Shown in pieces: positions 1-10,708 of a stretch of DNA of 64,000 bases. Source of the DNA: Candidatus Methanomethylicia archaeon (lineage in GTDB: Archaea; Thermoproteota; Methanomethylicia; Nezhaarchaeales; B40-G2); assembly GCA_029259155.1 (NCBI GenBank), contig JAPDJI010000001.1, forward strand, positions 1 to 64,000, in the 5' to 3' direction. The translations under genes and the position numbers were made by a program. Below the pieces are notes generated by a model. The model saw only the letters and a list, made by a program, of their open reading frames with translations, was not told the origin of the DNA and ran no database searches. The stretch's first letter is position 1. Each line of letters opens with the position of its first letter.

Positions 1-360
1 ATTAACTAAAGGCGCAATTAATAGACAGGATGAGAACATTTATCTTAAACATAGATCACAATGGTCTTGCAATGAACTTAAAAAGTTAGGCTTTAAAGTT
101 CGGGGTATTCCTAGGTTGAACGCATTATGGTTTGTTCTTCCACTCTTATTACCTTGGTGTCTATTTATCAATTCCGAAAATGTTTTGGCATATAAAAGAA
201 TTAAATAAAAAAATTGCTTTTTTAGGTTATCGCCTTTTAAACTCGTCATTTATGTAATCATTACCGATTGAACATAAGTATGGTAAGAAAGATGAGGAAA
301 ATGCTTAGCTTTTGCTTGCCATTGAACCTCATTTTGAAGGATTGACTTAGTAAGTTGTTT

Positions 361-1295
361 TTATCTTTTTCTAGATAGCTTTAACCGTTTTATATCCTCT
401 AGAATTTTTACTTTTTCGCTTATCTATTGGTATACCACGTCTTTCTTAGCTAAGATGCTGTCCTCCTCGAATAGTTCTTTCAAGACCCGCCCCTCCATAT
501 CTTTAGGAATAGGTACATCAAACATGTGCAATATTGTTGGGGCTATATCTACTATTTTAATATCGTTTATTTTTTCCCTTTTTTATCTCTGGTCCTGCTG
601 CTAAGAAGATACCTTTGGGGTGATTACCACTTGTCCAAGATACCAGTCTACTTTGGAAAATTTCATGTCCTATACCACCATAGATCTCATAACCATTGTT
701 TGGCAGCAGAATAATGTCAGGCGCTATCTTCATGAATGGGCCAGAATAGAGCTCCTCCTTTCTATAACATTTAATTATCACTTTTTCCCTGTTTGAGGAT
801 CTTTGACCCTCTTTAATTTTTCAATCAATTCCTCTCTTAATTGGTGATACTTATTGCCTACTTTTCTTTCGTTGATGTAGATAATTCCCATGCTAATACC
901 CACAGCATCAGACTCTATCCAGTTGATCTTCAAGTCTATCATGCTAGTTGAAATGTATTCGTTAAACCCAGGAAACTTTTCTAGTATTTGAAAAGGAAGA
1001 ATCTTTCTCATGGCTCTTGAGAGATATCTTCTCTTTACTCTTAAAGTTCTGATTAAAAAGTCGTCAAGTTTATTGAAGAGGTCGCTAACATCTCTTTTTA
1101 ATTTAAGGTAGCCCTCTTTAATTAATCAATTGTTTATTAGAAAGCTCCTATTTATGTACATGTTTCCATGATCGGAAATGATTATTATATTATGACCCTT
1201 GTTAAATGCCTTCTCTGTCAATTCCTTAAGGCAGTCATCTATAAGTCTCCAAGCGTTTATTACTGCCTTACTCCTTCCAAAGAAATGCGTTAATA
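361..1295 (-). pseudogene. Alkaline phosphatase / nucleotide pyrophosphatase-phosphodiesterase family gene, C-terminal half only, disrupted
   Basis: Minus-strand fragments join into one family-typical sequence: IIIISDHG (~1160-1190), ELYSGPFMKIAPDIILLP, HPKGIFLAAGPEIK, IVDIAPTILHMFDVPIPKDMEGRVLKE. Broken by in-frame stops and frameshifts; the N-terminal half is absent. Confidence 0.75.
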
Positions 1296-1320
1296 CTATA
1301 ATATAGAAGATGGTGACAAT

Positions 1321-2590
1321 ATGAAGGTGCTCTTCATATATGATGATTTTCCTTTAAGCAGTGAAGACACCGTTGGTTGCTTTGTTTTAGAAGAAGCCAC
1401 AAATCTTATCAAGAGGAACGTGGAACTACTTGTGTTTAAACCCTTGCTAGGGCTTGGTTGCATCGAAGTCTCAGGCATCGAGGTAGTAGGGCTTAAGGGA
1501 GCCCAAGATTTAAGAGGCGACATCCTTCATCGAGTCTCTCTTATGTTTAAGCTGTTTAAGTCACTTCCACTTTTAGGGAAATACATCGTTAAACATCCTA
1601 AAGGAACCTATCGCCTTTTAAAGATGGCTTTCTTGGCAGCTAAGATAGTACGTAATAAGCAGGTTGACGTCATTCATGCTCATTTTGCCTATCCGAACGG
1701 GCTCATTGGTGCCATAGCTAAACAACTCTAAAAAACCTCTTGTGGCTTCTCTTCGAGGAGTAGACTTAATGGTTGAACCTTCAATAGGATACGGTTTAAG
1801 ACTAAATAAGGACATTGAAAAACTTATAGCAAAAGTTTTACGCGTTGCAGACAGTCTAATTGCCGTAAGTCCTCCCATCTATAAAGAAGCTATTAAACTT
1901 GTAAGAGGAAAGGAAGCGCGAAAGTTTCATTATATACCTAATGCTGTTGACATTGAGCGCTTCAACCCTTACCTTAATGGTAAGAAAATAAGAGAAACTT
2001 TGGGATTAAAGAATGATCATTACATTGTTCTTAGCGTTAGACATTTATCGAAAAACGAGTTTAGAAATATCTTTTTAAGGCTTTTTCTTTGGTGAAGACT
2101 AGGCATCCTGAAGCAAAATTAGTGATATGTGGCCGTGATAAAAGGATGAAGAAAAAGCTTGAAGAATTAGCTAAACGCTTAGGTATTGAGGAGGATGTTC
2201 TATTCGTTGGCGAAGTCAAGCGCTCTGATATCTCTTATTACTTTGCTGCCTGCGATGTATTTGTAATACCGTCTCTCTCTGAAGGTATGCCTAATGCTGC
2301 CCTTGAGGCCATGGCATGCGCGAAACCTATAGTAGCAACTAACGTTGGTGGTCTTCCTGAAATCGTTATCGATGGTGTCAATGGCTTTTTAGTAAAGCCT
2401 AAAGACCCTGAAGCCTTAGCTGAAAAAATATGTATATTGCTTGACAACGAAGAGATGAGACTCAAAATGGGAAAAAGTCATTAGAAATCGTTAGGACTAA
2501 ACATAACTATGATAAAAAAGTAAACCAGATAATAGATGTTTACAGCTCTTTGTTATCCACGAGGCACCGTCTCCAGAGTCTTGATGAATA
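1321..2590 (+). pseudogene. GT4 (GT-B) glycosyltransferase, frameshifted
   Basis: Three successive ORF fragments carry DVIHAHFAYP, HYIPNAVD and DVFVIPSLSEGMPNAALEAMACAKPIVATNVGG. Frameshifts near 1730, 2055-2075 and 2472; the C-terminus continues in another frame to ~2590. Confidence 0.8.
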
Positions 2591-2976
2591 AGAAGTCTTT
2601 ATTCTATGATCCATAATAACATAAGCCTCAAAAGGAGTACAAGTTTCTGAGAGAAATATTAAATTTTCATACGAAAACTTACATTATCATAAAACTTAGA
2701 AAAACACTTTATTTAATAAGGGTGTAGCTTGAATATTTAATGTATAGTTCTTAGAAACTTTTAGATGACGTTGTCTTTATTAGGGATTGTTATTGTATTT
2801 AAAAAAAGGCATTAAGCTTCTTAATGACAAGCTTCCCTGAAACATCTGTTTTGTTAAATATGATTACTTAAGGGTGTCCAGATAACCTTCTAAATTTTGG
2901 AATAAATCATCAGTGTTCTTCTCGTCGAGAAATATCGTGGTAACAAGGATCCTCCAGAAATTAGAACTGGTCAAGC

Positions 2977-2984
2977 TATATATA
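2977..2984 (+). promoter_or_regulatory. TATA box candidate for the surface-protein gene
   Basis: TATATATA about 55-60 nt upstream of ATG 3040; a GGGGAG SD-like motif lies just before the ATG. Confidence 0.5.
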
Positions 2985-3039
2985 CTGCTGCTGAATAGAC
3001 GCTGCTCAGCTGTCTTCGGATAGTAAAGGGGAGAATATA

Positions 3040-6000
3040 ATGGAAAAGGAGAGGACTTTGCTTGTCTTAACGCTCTTGCTAGCGGCGGCTATAGTTGTAG
3101 GCTTAAACGTAAATGCAGTATCTGCGAGTGCAACAAAGGTTGATTTCAAACTTCAAGTGGCATACTATGACCACAATCAGTGGAGTGCGTGGCCGGGGGC
3201 GACTATAACCATCGTCTTCTGGAACCAAACACCCTATTCCCATTATGGACGGTCTCCAACTGTTCTAGGCCGCTTTGTTACTGTCACGACTGATAATAAT
3301 GGTAACTATACCGGGTCGTTTTCTTGGACTCATCCTCCTGCAGGCCATAATCAGCGTTTCAACGTAACTATTTACTGGAACTTCACAGCAGCTGACGGCA
3401 CTAAGTTGTCCTTCCTCGTAAACAATACTGCTTTAGGTTTTGCTGATAATCCTGGTGTGTTCTTCATAGACCTGGATCAAGACGCAGCGCTTGATACAGG
3501 GGAAATGTACTTCAACACCACTCGCTTCTACTTAGCAGTCTGCAACATAACAGTAATGGCCAGAGATAGCATGGATTCTCCATACGGGCCTAATCCACTT
3601 GGCGGAGCAAGAATAGTCATAATCAACGGTACGAATTGGGATGGAAAGACTTGGGGTGATGGGAGTAAGCCAGCTGTACTATACAATGTTACAACCCCTG
3701 AATCTGGAAGTCTTGCAGGAACGTATTCATTCCTCATACCAAACACTACCAACGTCTTCCTTACTCCGGACGATTGGGGTTATCCAGCGCGCTATGCTAA
3801 CTATACCATCGGTATTAGAATCTTCTGGAACAACATGCTAGTATACAACCACACGTTCGCCCAGTCCTCAAATAATACAGGGTGGTACCCCAGCCACCAG
3901 TGGTATGACCAAGCTCATGCAGTAGGCTATAGATATAGTCCATATAACTTCACGCACTTGAGCAGACTCACAGCAGCCCTTAATCGCCCAGTCTATTTGA
4001 ATTGTAGCGTTTACGCCTATGAAATGTATCTCCTAGATCACAGCACGCCTGGAAACCGATTAGCAAGTACTGCTGGCTACCTCGAAATTGAGGCTTCTAT
4101 GTACCTTTCTAATTCTTCATTGGGCACGGTACACATAGCACGTCCAAGATCTACTGACTCTCACGGCAAAGTTGTACTAAGATATGCTGCTCGTTGCGTA
4201 GACGAGGAAGAAGGTCATAGATTGCTAGGTATACCTTCTACACCCACCAACCTAACTGTGTACTGGAAGTCAACGATACTAGGAGTGCAGTACCTTATCC
4301 TCAACTTAACCTTGAGCTATGATACCCCTGGTTACGGCAATATAGCACCTTATGGTAATATGACTGGTGTTCGAGCAACGTGGTTCAAGTGTTATGCAAA
4401 CTATACTTATATCCAGCTGGTCGATAGCTCTGATCCCACTTACCCGCAGCCTTTATTCGAAAACACGCAAGTGACACTTACATTCCCTGGCGCTAACCCA
4501 ATAGAATGTTCGGTTAACAACACAGGTTTCGTGGACTTAAGCTTCGTGAACTACACATTACCTTTAAGGAATGGTATGGAAGCGTTAGATGATTACCACA
4601 TAGCTGTAGACTACTTAGGGGTCCAAGTACTAGACACGGACTTCGATCCTAATACATTCAGCCGATATACGGTAGATGGCATCCTCTATCCGTTCGCCTT
4701 CAAGCACTTTGTTTGCAATGTATATCTGGTTGAATTCTATTTACTCGATGCACATGACAGGAACTTGGCTAACATGTCTCAAGTAAAACTGGTTCATCCC
4801 ACAGGCGCATCATTCATAATAACGATTCCTGCGGGCGGTTCAGGGACTTGGAGGATACCAGGTGGCACAGGCTATACCTTAACTATAAGGTATAAGAGCG
4901 ACGACTGGCTTGAACCGCTAAACACTGCAACCTTTGATGTAGCTTCAAACAAGATAGGTGCAGATGCTCTGACGTTTAAGGCGCCTGTCTACGACGTATT
5001 CGTAAAGATAACCAACTTCGAAAAAACATGGTGGGTTGAGGGAGTTAACGTATGCTTGACATGGTCCTATCCCATTACATGGACACAGTGGGGTAACATG
5101 AGTTCCACGGTGGCCTCACAGTCGCGTTCAATTGAACCAATACGCTACATACTACTATACCAGATACCCAAGGGTACACATACTCTGGCAATGTATGCTA
5201 GTGCTACACCTGGTTTAGAGAGATACTTCGAGAAGATCGGTGAATACACCATAACAGTTGTGGACAGCGATGTGTATGATAGTAAGGTAAATACGTGGAT
5301 ATTTGACCCCAAGATTACAATCTTAACTGCGGATGGTGAAGTATTGCCGGCATATACCTTAGTAGCTAATACTACATATCTAGTAACTGTATTCAATGTA
5401 TCTACTGCGTACACGACAACCTACAACTCAACCAACGGTCTATCCTACATACAACTATACACCAACATTACACAACAAAGAGTATTCGTAGGAGGGGCTA
5501 CATACAACTTCACGATATACGCTGGCGGAGTGACGGTGTATGGTCCCTCAATAACCTTTGCTGCACCACCGACGACTGAGATTGAGGTTACGACCAGCAT
5601 CCATAAAGTGACTTTTGTCACTAAGGACTATGAGGGAGAGTTCACAATACCAAACCTAAAGGTCGCCGTTTACTGGACAGGTATAAACTACACCTACTTC
5701 AGAAGCCAGCTAACTGCAGGAGATGCTTGGATAACCAGGTACTCATTCATGAACACGAGTGTTATATGGTCGAACTGGACCATCTTCAGGAACGTTGATG
5801 CAAACTATGCTCCATGGGTAAGCGGCGTCACGAGAAACTTCATGCTTTACAACGTCAGCTCTCTCACTAACGAGAGTGGTGAGGCAGTCTTCTACATACC
5901 CGTATGGTGCTACAGCAAAAGACCAGAACCTTATCACACGCCAATAGAGTATAACGTAACCACCGTCCCAGGCACCACTCCTGACGTACCCTCAGACTTA

Positions 6001-7869
6001 GAGACACGTTCAGTAATATACAGAAGGTACCCAACTGTTCTAGGTACTAACGCAGAATTCGAGTACCACGCTCCATGGTTCTACAACGTAAGCACAAGCG
6101 AGACGAAAACACTAAACGTTTATGCTGCCTCCTTCAAGGTACGTGTAGTCGATTCAAACAACAGGCCGCTTGAAGGCTACTACGTTAAAGCTTTCATCAG
6201 ACCTCGCAGTCTAACCACGATTAAGAGTGCGCATATCATAGGGCAAGCTATGACAGACAGTGACGGATGGGCCTACCTAACCTCATCCTCAGGCGAAGAC
6301 ACCATTTACTGGTGTAACTACTCATACGTACTGTGGATATACCGTGTTCCTGCTCCTGACGCAGTAGACCAGGATGGCAATGCAATAGTTTTCGATTACT
6401 ACGTTGTAAGGACTATGAACTACTCCTTCAGGTACAGCTATACTGGCACTGCCCTATCTTCAATATCTACTGATAGGAGCTTACCAGAACACGGAGGATG
6501 GGATCCATGGATGTGGACTATCGTTCAGTACGCTGGTACTATCTCTGTCGACTTAGTCGATGCTTACAATGAACCTCTCCAGAATACGTTAGTAGTTGCG
6601 AAGGCAACTAGTGGTGCAGGGACAGGGCAAGTTATTGCTTACGGATTTACCGATGAGGATGGAAAAACAGACCTGCTCTTCCCTGAAGAAGTGACCACTC
6701 CCGGCGCAGTCTTCTATTACTATGGTTACTACAATGAGACCGATGACACCTATAGACTCGAGAGTTGCAGGTATGTCAACCTAAGAGTCTACTGGACCAA
6801 GATGACCGAGAGCTACAAGGTATTCTGGGATGTACAGATAGGTGCAGCGGATGGCTGGTCTCCAGATAGCCATGTGACCTTACAATGCGCTGTCTACTAT
6901 GCCAAGTTAAGGTTCGTGAGCGATACTGGTAGGGCTTTAGAGTGGGCTGCATTAGAAGTACCCGAAGGCACTGACGTAGGCATACCGTTCAAGGTGACCT
7001 TCTACTTGGAGGGGCAACCAAGAGAAGATGTCTATGTGCTTGAAGGCTTCACTCTAGCCAACGCCACCTTCAACGTTAATAGATGTCCAATTGGTGACTA
7101 CAGGGTTGAAGCTTGGTGGCCAAACTACAGGGACATTAAGATCTACGACACCACGATATCCATCGACAGCAACCTACCAGGTCCAGATGTAGCTGAGCCT
7201 GTCCACGACCTCAAGTGCCTCGTCTATGACATAACGCTCAACTTCAAGACGCCGAGAGGCACTGTATGTGACAACGCTGAAGCTACTATTGTATGGCCAC
7301 AAGGAGTAACCACCGTTGAGTCCTCTGACGCTAATGGTAACGTCGAGCTAATCAACGTGCCGACCGGCACGTTAACGATTCAGAGCTTAACGTGGCACGG
7401 CTGGGATGCCATCACTGCATCCATCGAGAAGACCATACAGGCCACGACGACCTACTACATCACTGCAGACAACATTGTCACGCTGAACATCAAGGTCGTA
7501 GGTGCGAGAGGACAAGGCTTACCTTATGCTTCAGTAGTCATAGAGGACATCGCTACGTTAACAGCTGACGAGTCGGGCGTAGCTTGGTACGAGCTTCCAA
7601 GGATCCCTGTAACCGTGAGGGCTGACTATAAGGGCAAGACTGCTGAGATAACTGTCGACCTGTCCGAGCTTGCTGCAACAACCTATGAGACCACGGCGAC
7701 CGTCCAGCTCGACGTGTTCATCGAGCTCTTCGGCTATGCCATGTCTGCCAGCGAGTTTGCCTTAGCAGTGATACTGACGATAATCATAGTGTTAGTGGTA
7801 GCCTTCATAATACACGAGTACATCGTCTGGCGCAGGAAGCGTATAGCCGCCGCTGTAGTAAGAGCGTAA
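3040..7869 (+). CDS. Large S-layer-like cell-surface glycoprotein (1609 aa)
   Basis: N-terminal signal peptide, very many N-x-S/T sequons, Thr/Tyr/Val-rich beta repeats (V.D....PL....V; TD..G), C-terminal TM helix followed by a basic tail (WRRKR); adjacent to glycosylation genes. Confidence 0.8.
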   Translation: MEKERTLLVLTLLLAAAIVVGLNVNAVSASATKVDFKLQVAYYDHNQWSAWPGATITIVFWNQTPYSHYGRSPTVLGRFVTVTTDNNGNYTGSFSWTHPPAGHNQRFNVTIYWNFTAADGTKLSFLVNNTALGFADNPGVFFIDLDQDAALDTGEMYFNTTRFYLAVCNITVMARDSMDSPYGPNPLGGARIVIINGTNWDGKTWGDGSKPAVLYNVTTPESGSLAGTYSFLIPNTTNVFLTPDDWGYPARYANYTIGIRIFWNNMLVYNHTFAQSSNNTGWYPSHQWYDQAHAVGYRYSPYNFTHLSRLTAALNRPVYLNCSVYAYEMYLLDHSTPGNRLASTAGYLEIEASMYLSNSSLGTVHIARPRSTDSHGKVVLRYAARCVDEEEGHRLLGIPSTPTNLTVYWKSTILGVQYLILNLTLSYDTPGYGNIAPYGNMTGVRATWFKCYANYTYIQLVDSSDPTYPQPLFENTQVTLTFPGANPIECSVNNTGFVDLSFVNYTLPLRNGMEALDDYHIAVDYLGVQVLDTDFDPNTFSRYTVDGILYPFAFKHFVCNVYLVEFYLLDAHDRNLANMSQVKLVHPTGASFIITIPAGGSGTWRIPGGTGYTLTIRYKSDDWLEPLNTATFDVASNKIGADALTFKAPVYDVFVKITNFEKTWWVEGVNVCLTWSYPITWTQWGNMSSTVASQSRSIEPIRYILLYQIPKGTHTLAMYASATPGLERYFEKIGEYTITVVDSDVYDSKVNTWIFDPKITILTADGEVLPAYTLVANTTYLVTVFNVSTAYTTTYNSTNGLSYIQLYTNITQQRVFVGGATYNFTIYAGGVTVYGPSITFAAPPTTEIEVTTSIHKVTFVTKDYEGEFTIPNLKVAVYWTGINYTYFRSQLTAGDAWITRYSFMNTSVIWSNWTIFRNVDANYAPWVSGVTRNFMLYNVSSLTNESGEAVFYIPVWCYSKRPEPYHTPIEYNVTTVPGTTPDVPSDLETRSVIYRRYPTVLGTNAEFEYHAPWFYNVSTSETKTLNVYAASFKVRVVDSNNRPLEGYYVKAFIRPRSLTTIKSAHIIGQAMTDSDGWAYLTSSSGEDTIYWCNYSYVLWIYRVPAPDAVDQDGNAIVFDYYVVRTMNYSFRYSYTGTALSSISTDRSLPEHGGWDPWMWTIVQYAGTISVDLVDAYNEPLQNTLVVAKATSGAGTGQVIAYGFTDEDGKTDLLFPEEVTTPGAVFYYYGYYNETDDTYRLESCRYVNLRVYWTKMTESYKVFWDVQIGAADGWSPDSHVTLQCAVYYAKLRFVSDTGRALEWAALEVPEGTDVGIPFKVTFYLEGQPREDVYVLEGFTLANATFNVNRCPIGDYRVEAWWPNYRDIKIYDTTISIDSNLPGPDVAEPVHDLKCLVYDITLNFKTPRGTVCDNAEATIVWPQGVTTVESSDANGNVELINVPTGTLTIQSLTWHGWDAITASIEKTIQATTTYYITADNIVTLNIKVVGARGQGLPYASVVIEDIATLTADESGVAWYELPRIPVTVRADYKGKTAEITVDLSELAATTYETTATVQLDVFIELFGYAMSASEFALAVILTIIIVLVVAFIIHEYIVWRRKRIAAAVVRA

Positions 7870-7883
7870 ATATTTAACCTCCA

Positions 7884-7900
7884 CCTTTTTATTATATTTT
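7884..7900 (+). terminator. Oligo-T archaeal terminator candidate
   Basis: CCTTTTTATTATATTTT just after the stop codon, between convergent genes. Confidence 0.5.
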
Positions 7901-7928
7901 AACGAAGAATTAAGCTTACTTTCTCGGT

Positions 7929-8870
7929 CTATGTTTTCATGGATTGTTCCCTGAACCAATCTATAGTTTTAATCAAGCCCTCCGTGAGGCTGGTTCTAGG
8001 CTTCCACCCTAACAAGGCTTCCGCCTTATGAATATCCGCATAGCTATATTTAACGTCGCCTTTTCTAGGCTCGGTGTAGAGGGGTTTCACCTCTTTAAAG
8101 CCCATTAGCTCTATGAGTAGGCTAGCTAGATTGTTAATGCTTATTGGACTGCTCGAAGCTATGTTGATCGCTTCTCCTCCAACTTGCTTGGCTTCTAAGG
8201 CCTTAACTGTAGCCTCTGCCACATCCTTGACGTACGTGAAGTCTCTGGTCTGCTCTCCATCTCCGAATATTATTGGGGGTTGTCCGTTGAGCAATCTATT
8301 GATGAAGATAGTTATTACACCGCTATATGGACCGTATTGCTGTCGAGGCCCATAAACGTTAAAATAACGTAGTGCAACAGCTTCGAGACCATATACTTTA
8401 TGAAAAACCCTACAAAACTCCTCACCGGCATACTTGGATACAGCATAAGGTGATAGAGGGTTTGGCTTCATGTCCTCGCGCTTAGGTAGTGTCGGGGTAT
8501 CGCCGTAGATGGATGAAGATGAAGCGTAAATCAGCTTTTTCACACCTAATTCAACGCAGGCTTTAAGGAGGTTTAACGTACCTTCCACATTTACTTGATT
8601 TACGGTTAATGGGTCTTCAATAGACCTTGTTACACTTGCTAGAGCAGCTTCATGTATCACAGCATCTGCACCATTAACGGCCTCTAAGACCTTGCCATAA
8701 TCCCTGACGTCCCCTATTACGACCTCGACTGTCTCTTCAACATGTTTTAGGTTCTCAAGTCTACCTGTTGAGAGGTTATCCAGTACTCTTACTTCATATC
8801 CTTTGACGATCAGCTCTTCTACTACATGGCTACCTATAAACCCAGCCCCTCCTGTAACCAGAACCTTCAA
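7929..8870 (-). CDS. NAD-dependent nucleotide-sugar epimerase (GalE/WbpP-like extended SDR)
   Basis: TGGAGFIG, YAVSK (YxxxK), LRYFNVYGPRQ, GDGEQTRDF. Confidence 0.9.
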   Translation of the reverse strand: MKVLVTGGAGFIGSHVVEELIVKGYEVRVLDNLSTGRLENLKHVEETVEVVIGDVRDYGKVLEAVNGADAVIHEAALASVTRSIEDPLTVNQVNVEGTLNLLKACVELGVKKLIYASSSSIYGDTPTLPKREDMKPNPLSPYAVSKYAGEEFCRVFHKVYGLEAVALRYFNVYGPRQQYGPYSGVITIFINRLLNGQPPIIFGDGEQTRDFTYVKDVAEATVKALEAKQVGGEAINIASSSPISINNLASLLIELMGFKEVKPLYTEPRKGDVKYSYADIHKAEALLGWKPRTSLTEGLIKTIDWFREQSMKT

Positions 8871-9589
8871 GGCATGTTCCTCCTAAGCTTATGATCTAGA
8901 AAGCTGGTTAATAGTAGTTTGAAGTATCCTACACCCATCCTAGCTAACTTAAGCTTAGCTTCACCCCTTACCCTTCCTCTCCACCCTACGGGTACATCAG
9001 TGATCTTATAGCCTTTAAAATAAGCTTTTATGAGTAACTCAGCAGAGATGTCGAAGCCGTCAGAGACTGGATTAACCTCTGTGATGACCTGTCTTCTGTA
9101 GGCTTTGAAGGCGTTGGTTACATCAGCCGTCGGCGTACCAAGCAAGAGCCTAGAAATTTTGGAGAAACCCACGCTGAAGATCCTTTTAAGTAATGGCATA
9201 CCCTGTGCCCATCCTCCTCTTCTCCACCTTGCGCCTACGGCTATGTCATAGCCTTCATAAGCCACTTTTCCGTATAGCTTCAATGCATCTTCAGGTATGT
9301 CCGAGAGGTCGCCCATGAAGGGGATTAGGATATCCCCTTCAGCTTCCTTAAACCCCTCCTTCAAAGCTTTCCCAAATCCAGGAGATCCTCTTCTATGTAT
9401 GACCCTAACCCTATGGTATTTTGATGCCCACTCCTCAGCTAGATAACCTGTACGATCAGAGCTACAGTCATCCACAAGTAATACTTCAAAGTCGTCTTTA
9501 AAGTCTCGCAGAGCCTTCAATACCTCCTTCATTAACCTATCCAGATTCTCCTCCTCGTTGTGTAGTGGAATGATTAAGGATAGCTTCAA
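8867..9589 (-). CDS. GT2 polyprenol-phosphate glycosyltransferase (DPM1/ArnC-like)
   Basis: LSLIIPLHNEEENL, VDDCSSDRT, GFGKALKEG. Start placed at TTG 9589, which overlaps the upstream TGA. Confidence 0.85.
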   Translation of the reverse strand: MKLSLIIPLHNEEENLDRLMKEVLKALRDFKDDFEVLLVDDCSSDRTGYLAEEWASKYHRVRVIHRRGSPGFGKALKEGFKEAEGDILIPFMGDLSDIPEDALKLYGKVAYEGYDIAVGARWRRGGWAQGMPLLKRIFSVGFSKISRLLLGTPTADVTNAFKAYRRQVITEVNPVSDGFDISAELLIKAYFKGYKITDVPVGWRGRVRGEAKLKLARMGVGYFKLLLTSFLDHKLRRNMP

Positions 9590-10695
9590 GGAGTAACACC
9601 CAGCTTCTCTAGGAAGCTTTCCCACGATTCCTGTAGCATTGCATGACTGTTCGTATATTCTACTAGGTATAAGCCTATTGCAATGCTGAGCACCACTGAA
9701 ATTATTAATAGCGCCTTAAACCATCTTCCTGTTTTCCTCAGCAAGATGATGGAGATGAAAGGAAAGATAGGAGATGACCATCTAGCTATACGTTCAGATG
9801 CTACAACTTGGCCTAGTGAGGTGTAGGTGTTAAAAGATTGATAAACATAGTAGCCTAGGTGGAAAAGCAGCCATAGGAATACTAGCTGTAGAAGTAGGCT
9901 TACGTTTTCTCTTTCAAGCTTAAGGTATGGTAGTAGGGGGATTAAGGGAAGTAACATCAAGGTTAGACCCATCGAAACCTTGAACAGCATAGGTTGAATA
10001 GCACCGAGATCAATGGTAGGTATCCCTCCAAGCGTATAAAGCAGGGAGTAGTATTCGGTTTGTAAAAGTGTACCTGTCGCTAGGATAGATGTTACTTGCC
10101 AAGAAACGAACACGGAAACGAAGCTAACCGTATATAGAAGCATCTTTTTAATCTCCTTTTCACGGTATAGATGGATGATAATTACAATTACTAGTAAAAG
10201 AGCGGGATACCTACATAGGTAAGCTAACCCCACAAGCAACCCTGCGATGAGAACCTTAAAGGCCTCTTTCTCTAAGGAGAGAAGGAGCGAGGACGTCAAG
10301 AGAACCATGAATAATGGCTCTGTTAAGGCATGTGAAGAGGTCCATATAAACATGGGGTTAGATGCCGTCAGCAAAGCGACTGTTAGGCTAAGTTTTTTAT
10401 CAAGATACCTTGACGCTAGCTTATAGATCGGTATGATCAAGATCGTGCCCATACCAATGGTTGTAGCTAAGTAACTCCATTTAGATGGCCCTAGAGTCTT
10501 GATGAAAAGGGACATAATTATAGGGGTGAGCGGGAAGATGGTAGGTAATTCTCCTTTAAAGGCGAAGCTATAAGCCTGCGTACAGTACAACCACTCGTCA
10601 AATATAAGCACCTTGGTTAAGTACGCTCCAATAATTCTGACGGCTAAAGCAAGACATAATATAAGTGATAAACCATAAACCTCTGCCCTATCCAA
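9586..10695 (-). CDS. Multi-pass membrane glycosyltransferase (GT-C, PMT/ArnT-like)
   Basis: DE motif after the first TM helix (IFDEWLY), many TM helices, LTEPLF and LAYLCRY motifs. Confidence 0.7.
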   Translation of the reverse strand: MDRAEVYGLSLILCLALAVRIIGAYLTKVLIFDEWLYCTQAYSFAFKGELPTIFPLTPIIMSLFIKTLGPSKWSYLATTIGMGTILIIPIYKLASRYLDKKLSLTVALLTASNPMFIWTSSHALTEPLFMVLLTSSLLLSLEKEAFKVLIAGLLVGLAYLCRYPALLLVIVIIIHLYREKEIKKMLLYTVSFVSVFVSWQVTSILATGTLLQTEYYSLLYTLGGIPTIDLGAIQPMLFKVSMGLTLMLLPLIPLLPYLKLERENVSLLLQLVFLWLLFHLGYYVYQSFNTYTSLGQVVASERIARWSSPIFPFISIILLRKTGRWFKALLIISVVLSIAIGLYLVEYTNSHAMLQESWESFLEKLGVTP

Positions 10696-10708
10696 GAGCC
10701 TTGTCCAC

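Noticed and set aside
40-249. 69-aa minus-strand ORF as a real gene
   Set aside because: No recognisable motif, and it lies in the decayed AT-rich edge; it cannot be supported from this window.
1321-2484. GT4 frameshifts as further BHB introns or programmed frameshifts
   Set aside because: No hairpin or BHB at the breaks, and the lesions are multiple small indels beside another broken gene.
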